From: Coleofasciculus sp. B1-GNL1-01
GTDB lineage: Bacteria; Cyanobacteriota; Cyanobacteriia; Cyanobacteriales; Coleofasciculaceae
DNA length: 64,000 nucleotides
Strand: one strand, 5' to 3'
Assembly (NCBI GenBank): GCA_040220235.1
Contig: JAVJTO010000088.1
Shown here: piece by piece, positions 19,622 to 30,190 of the stretch
How the letters are laid out: each line of letters opens with the position of its first letter
Numbering within the stretch: position 1 is the stretch's first letter
Program-made: the position numbers and the translations under genes
The notes under the pieces: model-generated
Databases searched by the model: none
What the model saw: only the letters and a program-made list of their open reading frames with translations
Told to the model about the DNA's origin: nothing

Positions 19622-22276
19622 ATGACTAATTACGAATATCAAGTTGGCGGAAGTTTAGCGGCTGATGCTCCCAGTTATGTAATGCGTCAAGCTGACCAAA
19701 ATCTTTATCAGGCGTTAAAAGCTGGTAAATTTTGCTATGTGTTGAACTCGCGGCAAATGGGAAAGTCTAGCTTGCGGGTGCGAACGATGCAAAAACTGGA
19801 AAAAGAAAGAGTAAAATGTGCGGCAATTGATCTGACACTAATTGGCAGCGATAATGTTACCCAACCCGGCTGGTACATGGGCATATTTTACGATTTAGTC
19901 AGAAAGTTTGAGTTATCGGGTAAAATTAACAAAAGGGCATGGTGGAAAGAACATGAATCTTTATCCCCTGTGCAGCGATTGAGTAATTTTTTGGAGGAGG
20001 TATTATTAGCTGAGATATCAGACAACATTGTTATTTTTATCGATGAAATCGATACGGTACTCAGTTTAGAATTTCCCACCGATGATTTTTTTGCCTTAAT
20101 TCGGGGGTGTTACAATCAACGGGTTGACAATCCCGCTTATAAACGGTTGACGTTCTGTCTACTGGGTGTAGCCACGCCTTCAGTTTTTATTCAAGACAAA
20201 AATCGCACATCTTTTAACATTGGTTGTGGAATCGAATTATGTGGTTTTGAATTAGATGAAGCACAACCGCTAGCTGAGGGATTATTAGGTAGAGTTGATA
20301 ATCCTGAGATCATTTTAAAAGAGATTTTGACTTGGACAGGAGGACAGCCATTTCTCACCCAAAAGCTTTGTCAAATTGTTTATAATGCTTGTGGAGAATC
20401 CGATTTTTCTTTAAAGCCAGGAGAGACAGAGAAAAAATGGGTGGAAAAGTTGGTGCGATCGCACATCGTTGAAAACTGGGAATCTCAGGACAATCCAGAG
20501 CATTTGAGGACAATCCGCGATCGTATTTTGGGAAAAGGTCAGCGTAGTATTGATCTGCTGAGACTCTACCTGCAAATTTTGCAAGACAAAGAAGTAGAAG
20601 CTAATAGTCGTATTGAACAAACGGAACTGCGGTTGTCAGGTTTGGTCGTCAAACGGTACGATAGTTTAAGAGTTTATAATCGTATTTATGAAACTGTTTT
20701 TGACCACAATTGGGTCGCTAAAACAATAGTCGATCTGCGACCTTACGGAGAAGCGTTAGCCAGATGGATTGATTCTAAGCATCAAGACAAAAAGTGGCTG
20801 TTACGCGGGCGGGAATTACAGGAAGCACAAATCTGGAAAGCCAATAAAGACAACCTGAATTTAAGCGTTCAAGATTACCAGTTTTTGAGTGCTAGCCAAG
20901 AATTGGAAAGGCGAATAAACCAGCGAATTTTTAGGTTATTAGTCCTAGGCAACATACTATTTATAATTGGGTTGATTTTTGGATTTCGCCAGAACATTAG
21001 TCATTTAATTGAAGATTACTCTGCTCATTTGGCTGCACAAGTTGCTGGACAAGAACAATTTAGTGAAGGTGGAAAAACTTTTTTTGCCAGTAATGATAAT
21101 TTCAATCGTCAAATTGCCATTGAAGCATTCAAGCAACAGAATTACTCGACAGCGCTTGAATTCTTCAAGAGAGCCAAGCAATCTAATCCTAATGATCCGG
21201 AAATGTGGATTTACTATAATAATGCACGAGCTATTCAACAAGGTAAACCTCTAACTCTTGCCATTGTTATACCTGCCCACACTGATAGAGATATTGCTCT
21301 GGAAATGTTACGAGGTGTAGCCCAGGCACAGGATAGTTTCAATGAGCAGCGTGAAAAATTACAACTGCCCTTATTAAAAATCCTCATTGCCAATGATAGT
21401 AGCGATCCAACTCAAGCCAAAAAAGTTGCCCGAACTCTGAGTAGAAACCCAGATGTTTTGGGAGTAATTGGACATTATACCAGTAGTGCGAGTAATTCAG
21501 CTCTAAAAGAGTATGAAAGTGAAGGTCTAGCGATGATATCTCCTACTAGCACGAGTAATTCACTCAACGGTGATGTTTTCTTCAGAACAGTTCCTACCAA
21601 TCAAGATGCAGCTAAAATATTAGCCCGTTATGTCTGGGCAAATAAACTGAATAAAGTGGTCGTTTTTTATAACCCGAAAGACCTATATAGTCAGGACTTG
21701 ATGGATTCGCTAGAAAGTTCACTCAATCAGCACTCTGTCGAAATAAGTCAAAAAATAGACTTAAAAAATCTAGGACAGAAAGCCAATACTGAAACGTTCT
21801 TACTTAGTCACGTTAAACCAGAAACCAATGCAATAGTATTGCTGCCAAATACGGAACTAATTTCTGTTGCCATTGAAATTGCTCGTGCTAAAAACAATCT
21901 GGAAAGCTTAAAAAATAAGCCGCTGTTAGGAGCCAGTGCTTTGTATAGTTCAGAAGCTTTAAAAGTAGGGGGTTCAGCCCTAGAAGACTTGATTGTAGCG
22001 GTTCATTGGTTTGCCGATGCACCAGATTCACAAGACTTTGCCAATAAAGCTCAAGATATGTGGAAGGGGCAAGTCAATTGGCGTACTGCGAAGACTTATG
22101 AGGCGACACAGGCTTTCATTGAAGCTCTATCTGAATCCGATCAACCTTCTCGCTCAAGTGTGATTGAAAAACTCAAAACGATGAATCTTTCAGGCAAGGA
22201 ATCAGTGTTAGTTAAAGTCGTTAGAGGTGAAGGCGGTCCCCAAGGAAGTGACTTTCGTTATCAACTGGCTGAGTAG
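19622..22276 (+). CDS. AAA_35 ATPase-TM-TPR-periplasmic binding protein (LivJ-like) receptor
   Basis: [67 protein letters not shown]. Confidence 0.9.
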   Translation: MTNYEYQVGGSLAADAPSYVMRQADQNLYQALKAGKFCYVLNSRQMGKSSLRVRTMQKLEKERVKCAAIDLTLIGSDNVTQPGWYMGIFYDLVRKFELSGKINKRAWWKEHESLSPVQRLSNFLEEVLLAEISDNIVIFIDEIDTVLSLEFPTDDFFALIRGCYNQRVDNPAYKRLTFCLLGVATPSVFIQDKNRTSFNIGCGIELCGFELDEAQPLAEGLLGRVDNPEIILKEILTWTGGQPFLTQKLCQIVYNACGESDFSLKPGETEKKWVEKLVRSHIVENWESQDNPEHLRTIRDRILGKGQRSIDLLRLYLQILQDKEVEANSRIEQTELRLSGLVVKRYDSLRVYNRIYETVFDHNWVAKTIVDLRPYGEALARWIDSKHQDKKWLLRGRELQEAQIWKANKDNLNLSVQDYQFLSASQELERRINQRIFRLLVLGNILFIIGLIFGFRQNISHLIEDYSAHLAAQVAGQEQFSEGGKTFFASNDNFNRQIAIEAFKQQNYSTALEFFKRAKQSNPNDPEMWIYYNNARAIQQGKPLTLAIVIPAHTDRDIALEMLRGVAQAQDSFNEQREKLQLPLLKILIANDSSDPTQAKKVARTLSRNPDVLGVIGHYTSSASNSALKEYESEGLAMISPTSTSNSLNGDVFFRTVPTNQDAAKILARYVWANKLNKVVVFYNPKDLYSQDLMDSLESSLNQHSVEISQKIDLKNLGQKANTETFLLSHVKPETNAIVLLPNTELISVAIEIARAKNNLESLKNKPLLGASALYSSEALKVGGSALEDLIVAVHWFADAPDSQDFANKAQDMWKGQVNWRTAKTYEATQAFIEALSESDQPSRSSVIEKLKTMNLSGKESVLVKVVRGEGGPQGSDFRYQLAE

Positions 22277-22437
22277 GGGAAAAGAGTGAGATTCATCATC
22301 TTGCCCCTGAAAACCGCGATCGCACAATCCAGAGGTCGAGAACTGGTAGAAAAAGCCCCTAAAGCGTTATTGTGTAAGAAGTCACGGCAATCCGACCCTA
22401 TCTCTCGTAACACTAAACTTTTAGACTAACGTTAACT

Positions 22438-23889
22438 ATGTTTGATGCTCTCGCCGAACGCTTAGAAGACGCCTGGAAGAAACTACGCGGTCAAGACAAG
22501 ATATCTCAAGCCAATATTCAAGACGCCCTGAAAGAGGTGCGTCGGGCTTTGCTGTCGGCAGATGTGAACCTGCAAGTTGTCAAAAAATTTGTTGCTGACG
22601 TTGAAAGCAATGCCATGGGCGCTGATGTCATCGCTGGCGTCCGCCCTGACCAACAGTTTATCAAGATTGTCTATGATGAACTGGTGCAGGTGATGGGGGA
22701 AAGTAATGTCCCCTTGGCTAAGGCAGATACATCGCCCACTATCGTGCTGATGGCAGGGTTGCAGGGAACCGGGAAAACTACGGCTACAGCTAAGTTAGCC
22801 TTACACCTGGCTAAGGAAAACCGCAGTTGCTTGATGGTGGCGACAGACGTTTATCGCCCTGCGGCGATTGACCAGTTGGTGACGTTGGGTGAACAGATTA
22901 ATATCCCTGTCTTTGAAATGGGGACGGATACTAACCCCGTAGAGATTGCCCGTCAAGGGGTTGCCCGTGCTAAGGAAACGGGTGTTGATACCGTAATTAT
23001 CGATACGGCGGGGCGATTACAAATCGACGCTGAGATGATGGCAGAACTTGCCCAGATTAAGGACAATGTTAAACCCCACGAGGTTCTGCTGGTTGTTGAC
23101 GCGATGACGGGTCAAGAGGCGGCTACCCTAACCCATACGTTTAATCAACAAATTGGGATTACAGGGGCAATTCTGACCAAACTGGATGGCGATACCAGAG
23201 GGGGTGCAGCCTTGTCTGTGCGCCAGGTATCGGGTCAGCCGATTAAATTTGTCGGTGTGGGTGAAAAGGTAGAAGCACTACAGCCATTTTATCCCGATCG
23301 CATGGCATCCCGGATTCTGGGTATGGGTGATGTGCTGACGCTGGTGGAAAAAGCCCAAGAAGAAATTGACATGGCTGACGCCGCCCAGATGCAGGAGAAA
23401 ATGCTCAATGCTCAGTTTGACTTCAGCGATTTCTTGAAGCAAATGCGGCTGTTGAAAAATATGGGTTCCCTGGGTGGGTTGATGAAGCTGATGCCAGGAA
23501 TGGGTAAGCTGAGTTCAGATCAACTGGAAAAAGGGGAAGGCAAGCTCAAGCAAACGGAAGCGATGATTAATTCGATGACGGCTGAGGAACGCCGTAATCC
23601 GGATTTGCTGGCTGGTTCTCCCAGTCGTCGCCGTCGTATTGCCCGGGGTTCAGGGCATAGCGAGCGTGAGGTGAGCAGTCTAATCAGTGAGTTTACCAAG
23701 ATGCGATCGCTGATGAAGCAGATGGGTCAAGGTCAAATGGGCGGACTTCCCGGAATGGGCGGAATGGGCGGAATGGGCGATATGTTTGGTGGCGGAATGG
23801 GCAATCGTGCCTCACAGGGTTGGCGCGGTAGCGGTCCGACGAAGAAGAAGAAAAAGGCGAAGAAGAAGAAGGGGTTTGGTCAGTTATGA
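22438..23889 (+). CDS. ffh: Signal recognition particle protein
   Basis: GLQGTGKTT, DTAGR, TKLDGD, M domain. Confidence 0.98.
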   Translation: MFDALAERLEDAWKKLRGQDKISQANIQDALKEVRRALLSADVNLQVVKKFVADVESNAMGADVIAGVRPDQQFIKIVYDELVQVMGESNVPLAKADTSPTIVLMAGLQGTGKTTATAKLALHLAKENRSCLMVATDVYRPAAIDQLVTLGEQINIPVFEMGTDTNPVEIARQGVARAKETGVDTVIIDTAGRLQIDAEMMAELAQIKDNVKPHEVLLVVDAMTGQEAATLTHTFNQQIGITGAILTKLDGDTRGGAALSVRQVSGQPIKFVGVGEKVEALQPFYPDRMASRILGMGDVLTLVEKAQEEIDMADAAQMQEKMLNAQFDFSDFLKQMRLLKNMGSLGGLMKLMPGMGKLSSDQLEKGEGKLKQTEAMINSMTAEERRNPDLLAGSPSRRRRIARGSGHSEREVSSLISEFTKMRSLMKQMGQGQMGGLPGMGGMGGMGDMFGGGMGNRASQGWRGSGPTKKKKKAKKKKGFGQL

Positions 23890-23988
23890 GGGAGATGGGG
23901 GAGATGGGGGAGATGGGGGAGATGGGAAAATCAACAAAGGACGAATGACGAATGACGAATGACAAATGACGAATGACAAATGACGAAT
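23889..23988 (+). repeat. GGGGGAGAT nonamer and GACGAAT/GACAAAT heptamer (STRR-like) tandem repeats
   Basis: Read directly; similar tracts near 25883, 42518, 53381 and 59662. Confidence 0.9.
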
Positions 23989-24049
23989 CCCCATTTACCC
24001 TAAATTCTTAATCATCGCGTAAAATCAAACAGGTGAGTTATTGGAAACT

Positions 24050-24301
24050 ATGGTCAAAATTCGATTAAAACGATTCGGCAAAAAGCGTGAAGTGAGTTAT
24101 CGCATTGTGGCGATTGAGAGTAGTGCCCGTCGGGATGGGCGTCCTTTGGAGGAGTTAGGCTTCTACAATCCCAGAACTGATCAAACGACGCTGAATGCCC
24201 CCGCTATTACCAAGTGGCTGAAAAACGGAGCGCAGCCCACGGATACTGTTCGCAGCATTCTCAAGAAAGCCAATGTCCTTGAACAACAAGCCAGTGTCTG
24301 A
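24050..24301 (+). CDS. rpsP: 30S ribosomal protein S16
   Basis: [12 protein letters not shown]...[14 protein letters not shown]. Confidence 0.98.
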   Translation: MVKIRLKRFGKKREVSYRIVAIESSARRDGRPLEELGFYNPRTDQTTLNAPAITKWLKNGAQPTDTVRSILKKANVLEQQASV

Positions 24302-24674
24302 AACTGGGCAGAAAACCAGCCCGGATTATGGGAGTCTGGTGCGATTTTTAGTTGAACCGTTTTTAGAGTCGTCCACGTCGCTGAGTTTAGACTGCGAACA
24401 TGCCCATGGTAATAATCGGGTCTGGATTCGGCTGGCGTTTGACGGAGAGGACAAGGGGCGAGTCTTTGGTCGAGGCGGTCGTAATATTCAGGCAATTCGC
24501 ACCGTTATCCAAGGGGTGGCTAAGATTGCAGGTGAATCGGTCTATTTGGATATCTATGATGAGTCGGGTGGCACATCCCGCCGTGAGACCCCTTCCGGGA
24601 GTAGATCCCAGGGGAGGAAAGGTTCGCCTCGACGCTTACCCTTGCCTAAACCTAACTCTAAGCCTCGTTCTTGA
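24273..24674 (+). CDS. khpA: KH-domain RNA-binding protein (KhpA-like)
   Basis: [17 protein letters not shown]; position after rpsP. Confidence 0.88.
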   Translation: MSLNNKPVSETGQKTSPDYGSLVRFLVEPFLESSTSLSLDCEHAHGNNRVWIRLAFDGEDKGRVFGRGGRNIQAIRTVIQGVAKIAGESVYLDIYDESGGTSRRETPSGSRSQGRKGSPRRLPLPKPNSKPRS

Positions 24675-24840
24675 TTTGTCATTGGTCATTGGTCATTTGT
24701 CCTTTGTTTTCCCTGCCTGCTAATAGTTGCAAGACTTACGCAGCCACACCCGATATACTGGTTAAGGTGCGTTACGCTTCGCTAACACACCCTACCACCC
24801 TACTGGCTGATAACTGCTCACTGATAACTGATGATAAACC

Positions 24841-25797
24841 TTGAGTGAAGTATCAACAACGATTGAATTACCGAGTGTCCAGAGTGCTATGGTACTGGCG
24901 GGCGATCGCGAGAGTAATCTGAAATTGCTCGCTCAACGCACTGGCGCGAGTCTGGTTTTACGGGGACAGGAATTGCTCATTTCTGGCACTCAAAAACAAG
25001 TTGAGCGCGTCTCGTCTGTGGTGCGATCGCTTAAACCGTTTTGGCTGGAGGGTAGACGGATTGAAGAGGCGGATATTCGCACCGCGTTTCATGCTTTGGA
25101 TACTCACCGTCAAGATGAACTCCAGGATTTACATCATGATGTGCTGGCGCGTACTCGTCGCGGTGATGTGATTCGCGCCAAGACGTTTCGCCAGCGCCAA
25201 TACGTTAAAGCGGTTCTTACTCATGATTTGACGTTTTGTATTGGACCGGCGGGAACCGGGAAAACCTTTTTGGCGGTGGTATTGGCAACCCGGGCATTAT
25301 TGGCAAATGAGTATGAACGCCTTATTTTAACCCGACCTGCGGTAGAAGCGGGGGAAAAGTTAGGATTTTTGCCGGGAGATTTACAGCAGAAAGTGAATCC
25401 CTTTTTACGTCCGCTTTATGATGCGTTATATGAACTAATTGATGGGGAGAAAATTCCCAATTTAATGGAACGGGGAATTATTGAAGTCGCACCCTTAGCC
25501 TATATGCGCGGACGAACCCTGAATAATGCGTTTGTAATTGTGGATGAAGCCCAAAATACCACCCCAGCCCAGATGAAAATGGTATTAACTCGCTTGGGAT
25601 TTGGTTCTCGGATGGTGGTGACTGGGGATATTACTCAAACCGATTTACCGATGAATCAAGATTCAGGATTAGGGGTGGCACAAAAAATTCTGCGCTCCGT
25701 TGATGGGATTGCATTTTGCGAACTTTCCACTCAAGATGTGGTTCGTAATCCTCTGGTTCAGCGCATTGTTGAGGCTTACGAGAAACATCAAAAATAA
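24841..25797 (+). CDS. phoH: PhoH family ATPase
   Basis: GPAGTGKT, GFLPGDL, RGRTL, DEAQN. Confidence 0.95.
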   Translation: MSEVSTTIELPSVQSAMVLAGDRESNLKLLAQRTGASLVLRGQELLISGTQKQVERVSSVVRSLKPFWLEGRRIEEADIRTAFHALDTHRQDELQDLHHDVLARTRRGDVIRAKTFRQRQYVKAVLTHDLTFCIGPAGTGKTFLAVVLATRALLANEYERLILTRPAVEAGEKLGFLPGDLQQKVNPFLRPLYDALYELIDGEKIPNLMERGIIEVAPLAYMRGRTLNNAFVIVDEAQNTTPAQMKMVLTRLGFGSRMVVTGDITQTDLPMNQDSGLGVAQKILRSVDGIAFCELSTQDVVRNPLVQRIVEAYEKHQK

Positions 25798-25999
25798 GGC
25801 AGTGGATAGAGGATAGAGGATAGAGGGTAGAGGAGAGAAGGAAAATTACTACTGCTCGGATAAGCTCTAATTTAATTTTTCTTCCCCAGCTCCCCCAGCT
25901 TCCCCAGCTCCCCCAGCTTCCCCAGCTTCCCCAGCTTCCCCAGATTCCAGACGCGCCATGGCACGTCTCTACATTGCTTCCCCTATCTTCCCCAGTTAT

Positions 26000-28900
26000 C
26001 TACTGAGGATTACCAATCAAGGTAAAGGGCGCCCAGTAGTACGGATGCGAGAAATTGAGATTTTTGGTCTTGGCGAGTTCTGCCATTTCTGGGGGTAAAG
26101 TTATGCTCTTATCTCCATAATTTAATTGACCGTTAGCAATACTAACTTCGCCGCGAATCATGGCAAGTTGCGCTCGGCGTAATGCCTCACTTTTAATCGG
26201 AACTTGGCTTAACTGACGATAAAATTCAGTGGTGACACCTAATGCCCCTTCATCACTGACGTACCATAGAGTAGCCAAGGTAGAATCAACACCTGCTTGT
26301 AAGGCTGAGCCAGCAAAACCTAATTCAGCCTCTTGATTACCGAGGGCAGTTCGGCAAGCACTGAGGACTAATAAATCGATAGCGGAATCAGATAAGCCCA
26401 ATTCCTTGAGTTCATTCAACCGGAGTTTGCGATTCCACAGTTGAATGTAAGAATTCTCTGGATTACCTGGTTTGAATTCGGCGTGAGTGGCTAGATGGAT
26501 GATACCAAATTCATTCTGGCTGATTTGTTCTTGCAGATTCTGGAAGGTGAACTTCTCATTGAGAAATGCTTTGCCTTTCCATAGGTATTCGGTAATTGTG
26601 GATAATTCTAGGGGGACATAAGGTAACTCTTGTAAATCGAGGAATTTCGACGCCCCCATCGCTAGAACTGGACGCGAACGAATGTCGGGATTGCGAGCTT
26701 GCATTAAGCTGAAGCTAGGAATCAAGTTGACACTATAGTTCTCGATTAAGAAGTTGTCTCCATCATGAAGGGCGGCGATGGGGAGCGATCGCAACCCGGA
26801 ATCCATTGCAAACATTAACCCTTGGATTTGGCGTGCTTCTAAATCGTCCGCTAAGGGTTCGATTAACCATTGGTAGAGTTTTTGAGCTGAATCCAGATAG
26901 TTCGTCGATCCGAGGTTACGGCGATCGCTGAGTGTCCGCTGAAACTTCTGAGTCTCTGCTAAAACCTCAGCCCGAATCGCATTAGGAACTCGACGTTGAA
27001 TGGCTTCACCATTAGCAGTAATCAGTACCAATTCTAGCTGTTGATTGTCTTCTGGTGAGCAATTGCTTGATGCTGAGGGGGTATAACCAAATCGGCGATC
27101 CACGGCTGGCGCAGACTCTGCTTGACAAGCATTAGCTTCTGAGTTCATGGGTTGAGGGACAAAGCTGACATAAATCACAGCGGTTTTCAAGCCAGTGACT
27201 TGTTCAATGTCGCGAGTCTGTTCGCTGATCTGTTGTAGATTTAGCTGTCTGGTGACAAATTGTTGTTGGAGATAGGTTTGGAATTCTTGGGTAAAAGCAG
27301 CTTCAAGTTGATCCACGCGATCGCTAACATTATCCGTTTCTGACGATGTTGATGATTCTTCCTGGTTTGAAGCCTGCTGTTGGGATGTCTCACTGGGGGT
27401 TCCATTACCGTTATTTGCGGCTGTGGTGTCTTGTCCAGAGGATTCAGGGGTATTGGAATTACCGTTGGCGATACCGGAATTATCGCCACTGTCGGTGGGG
27501 TTCGAGCCACCGTTATTCACCGTATCGCTATTGTCAGGAGTATCCGGATTAGGATTACGGCTATAGGTTTCGCCGCCATCATCATTAGAGGTATCGGTGT
27601 TGGCGTTCTCTGTCTCCGTCGGATCTGTATTGTCGGTGTTGTTATCTACCGTCTCTGTATCACTATTGTCTTCAGGGATCTCACTATTTTCAGTGGTATC
27701 GGAGTTACGGCTATAGGTTTCGCCGCCATCACCATCATCATTAGAGGTATCGGTGTTGGCGTTCTCTGTAGAAGGCGTATCGCTAGCTTGAGTCGGAGTC
27801 CGGCTGTAGGTTGTCGGAGGGGAGTTATTATTCCCGCTATTAGAATTATTGCTCTCGGCGTTACTTTCCGCTACATCCCCCTCTTCGCAGCTAGGGTCAT
27901 CTGCGGAGCAGTTTTCTTCATCTTCGTCATCATTATTAGTGTTGGTACTAGGAAGCCGACTATAAGTTCGGCTATAGGTTTGGCTGCTGTTTTCCGTATC
28001 TGAATTGGCAGCTTGAGTATCGCTGCTATTGTCCGAGGTATTTGTATCAGAATTAGCCGTCGTGTCAGTACCACCTTGACCTTGACCCTCGTCTAAGTTA
28101 TCTTGACCGCCGCCAACAACGTCCTGTTCACCCTCGTCTAAGTTATCTTGACCGCCGCCAACAACGTCCTGTTCACCCTCGTCTAAAACATCACCTTGGT
28201 CATCTTCTAAACCATTACCTTGGTCATCTTCTAAGTCATCTTCTTGACCTTCACCTACCAAATCGCTGACAACATCACCGAAGTCATCACCTAAACCATC
28301 TCCGTTGTCACCGCCAGAATTGTCTGTTTGTTCACCGCCAGAATTGTCCGTTTGGTCACCGCCAGAACTGTTGCTGAAAGGAGGAAAACTAACGCTATTT
28401 AAAGGATTAGATATAGAAGTATTATTCAGCTCAGTTACTACATCCCTGGATGGATCTATAACTTCACCCGGCTTTTGTTGGAAACTTTGGGCAAACCAGT
28501 TAAGTTGACCATCCTCACCATTGCCGTTGTTTCTTAACCTTATCGCTCCATCAATGTAAATGTCGCCCTGTGGTGCTTCTAATGTAAACGTGCTAGCATT
28601 TCCTCGACCGCTATTGTTACCAAAAATATTTTTGGTAGTTATATCACCGTCTCGGGAAGATATCTGTACAGAAACGCTATCATCGTCTGGTCCACCTCGG
28701 TCTTCTGTTCTGATATCACCCGTTTCAATATTGCCTATAGCGAGTAAGGATATATCGCCTGCTAAATTGTTACCCTGGGCACTGGTATCTAGTTCTCCTG
28801 TGGTAATACGATTGCCGCTGATACCAATTCCATCTTGCCCCCTGATCTTTCCAGTTGCGACAACATCGCCATTATTTACAGTAATTCCTGAGCCTGATAA

Positions 28901-29764
28901 GATTACCTGCTCACCATCCGCGTCCGCGATCGCTTGAGTGGCATGATCAATCCCTCCTCCTGTCAGCAGTTGAGGCAAAGAAGCTACATTACCATCCCAA
29001 CTGCCTGGATTACCACTTACTGAGTCTACAGGTTCAAACTCTAAATTTAGCACCATTCCCGGTTGGCTGAGGCGCACTACCGTATTACCGGGTACTGTGG
29101 CGATAGTCACTTGACCATCTGGTGCTGAGAGCGTGCCTTCACTGACAACAGTGCCACCGATTAAGGCTAAGTTCCCACTATCAACTGTTAGGTTAGCAGA
29201 GCTAACGATTCCTCCGGGTTCAGACGTATTAAAGGCAAAAGAATTGTTAGGATTTCCTGTTAGCTGACTTGCATCAATCTGCCCTGTCGCATTAAACCAC
29301 TGGTCATTGTCTAAACCAATTGACGTGGCGGTTGTGGCAGTAAAGGAACCTGGCACATCCAGACTTGCACCAGCTCCAAACACAATACCAGCCGGATTCA
29401 TCAAAAAGAGATTGGCACTGCTTCCTTCCGCGACTTTGATGATTCCGTTGATTTCAGAGGGACTACCACCCGTAATCCGACTCAGAATGTTTTGAATATT
29501 TGTATTATTGACATTAAATTTAGCCGTTTGCTCTGCGCCAATACTAAACTGCTCAAAGCTGTGAATCAGATTATTGCCAGCTTCAACACCACCGTCAATG
29601 TTATAAGTTCCGTTCTGTTCGTTAAAAGTCGTTGTGCTACCCGCTGTATTATCTGGAGTAACCTCGGCTTGGGCAAGCTTAGCAAAGCCCAGAAGCCCTG
29701 TTAGACTATAAAGGGCTGCCAGTGATTGACTTATTCGGCGTATGGCTGGTTTCATCTGGCTCAC
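26000..29764 (-). CDS. TpsA secretion domain-acidic linker-CHAT protease fusion
   Basis: NLIHSFEQF, NILSRITGG, LMNPAGI; D/N/G/S-rich linker; HLATHA and LSACRT; HPYYWAPF. Confidence 0.9.
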   Translation of the reverse strand: MSQMKPAIRRISQSLAALYSLTGLLGFAKLAQAEVTPDNTAGSTTTFNEQNGTYNIDGGVEAGNNLIHSFEQFSIGAEQTAKFNVNNTNIQNILSRITGGSPSEINGIIKVAEGSSANLFLMNPAGIVFGAGASLDVPGSFTATTATSIGLDNDQWFNATGQIDASQLTGNPNNSFAFNTSEPGGIVSSANLTVDSGNLALIGGTVVSEGTLSAPDGQVTIATVPGNTVVRLSQPGMVLNLEFEPVDSVSGNPGSWDGNVASLPQLLTGGGIDHATQAIADADGEQVILSGSGITVNNGDVVATGKIRGQDGIGISGNRITTGELDTSAQGNNLAGDISLLAIGNIETGDIRTEDRGGPDDDSVSVQISSRDGDITTKNIFGNNSGRGNASTFTLEAPQGDIYIDGAIRLRNNGNGEDGQLNWFAQSFQQKPGEVIDPSRDVVTELNNTSISNPLNSVSFPPFSNSSGGDQTDNSGGEQTDNSGGDNGDGLGDDFGDVVSDLVGEGQEDDLEDDQGNGLEDDQGDVLDEGEQDVVGGGQDNLDEGEQDVVGGGQDNLDEGQGQGGTDTTANSDTNTSDNSSDTQAANSDTENSSQTYSRTYSRLPSTNTNNDDEDEENCSADDPSCEEGDVAESNAESNNSNSGNNNSPPTTYSRTPTQASDTPSTENANTDTSNDDGDGGETYSRNSDTTENSEIPEDNSDTETVDNNTDNTDPTETENANTDTSNDDGGETYSRNPNPDTPDNSDTVNNGGSNPTDSGDNSGIANGNSNTPESSGQDTTAANNGNGTPSETSQQQASNQEESSTSSETDNVSDRVDQLEAAFTQEFQTYLQQQFVTRQLNLQQISEQTRDIEQVTGLKTAVIYVSFVPQPMNSEANACQAESAPAVDRRFGYTPSASSNCSPEDNQQLELVLITANGEAIQRRVPNAIRAEVLAETQKFQRTLSDRRNLGSTNYLDSAQKLYQWLIEPLADDLEARQIQGLMFAMDSGLRSLPIAALHDGDNFLIENYSVNLIPSFSLMQARNPDIRSRPVLAMGASKFLDLQELPYVPLELSTITEYLWKGKAFLNEKFTFQNLQEQISQNEFGIIHLATHAEFKPGNPENSYIQLWNRKLRLNELKELGLSDSAIDLLVLSACRTALGNQEAELGFAGSALQAGVDSTLATLWYVSDEGALGVTTEFYRQLSQVPIKSEALRRAQLAMIRGEVSIANGQLNYGDKSITLPPEMAELAKTKNLNFSHPYYWAPFTLIGNPQ

Positions 29765-30132
29765 TTGAAAAACAGTAAATGCTGAGTCTCCTAACTGCTG
29801 GTGTTGTCATGTTTCCTGGTGTAGTGGATAACCCAAACCGTTGCGGTAGGTAGCTAGTAGGAGTGTTTAGGCTGATCTGCTGATGATCTTGACTCTGGCT
29901 ATTGTGTGTTGTATATATTTTACCCTATACTCATCACTTTCTTGTCGAAAATTTTTTTCTTTCCACAAGCTTAATGATTGAGTTGTGACTAACGCTACAC
30001 TTTGAGCCAGGTAGGAAAACCTATACTTGATTGATATTATCGATCTATCCTAAACCTCCATTATATTAAATATTGTGAATTTGTCGAGAAAAAGGCTAGA
30101 ATCCGCATCTCAGGGTCGATACACTATGGAAC

Positions 30133-30146
30133 AGTGCGGATGTACT
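30133..30146 (+). promoter_or_regulatory. Possible cyanobacterial LexA box
   Basis: AGTGC-GGAT-GTACT, one mismatch to RGTACNNNDGTWCB, just after a TACACT -10-like hexamer upstream of sbcC. Confidence 0.4.
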
Positions 30147-30190
30147 GACAACTTGATTAAATCCCTAGTCTCAATGGCATTCCAGCCTGC

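Noticed and set aside
27380..28003. 207-aa hydrophobic ORF
   Set aside because: Antisense shadow of the low-complexity TpsA-CHAT linker
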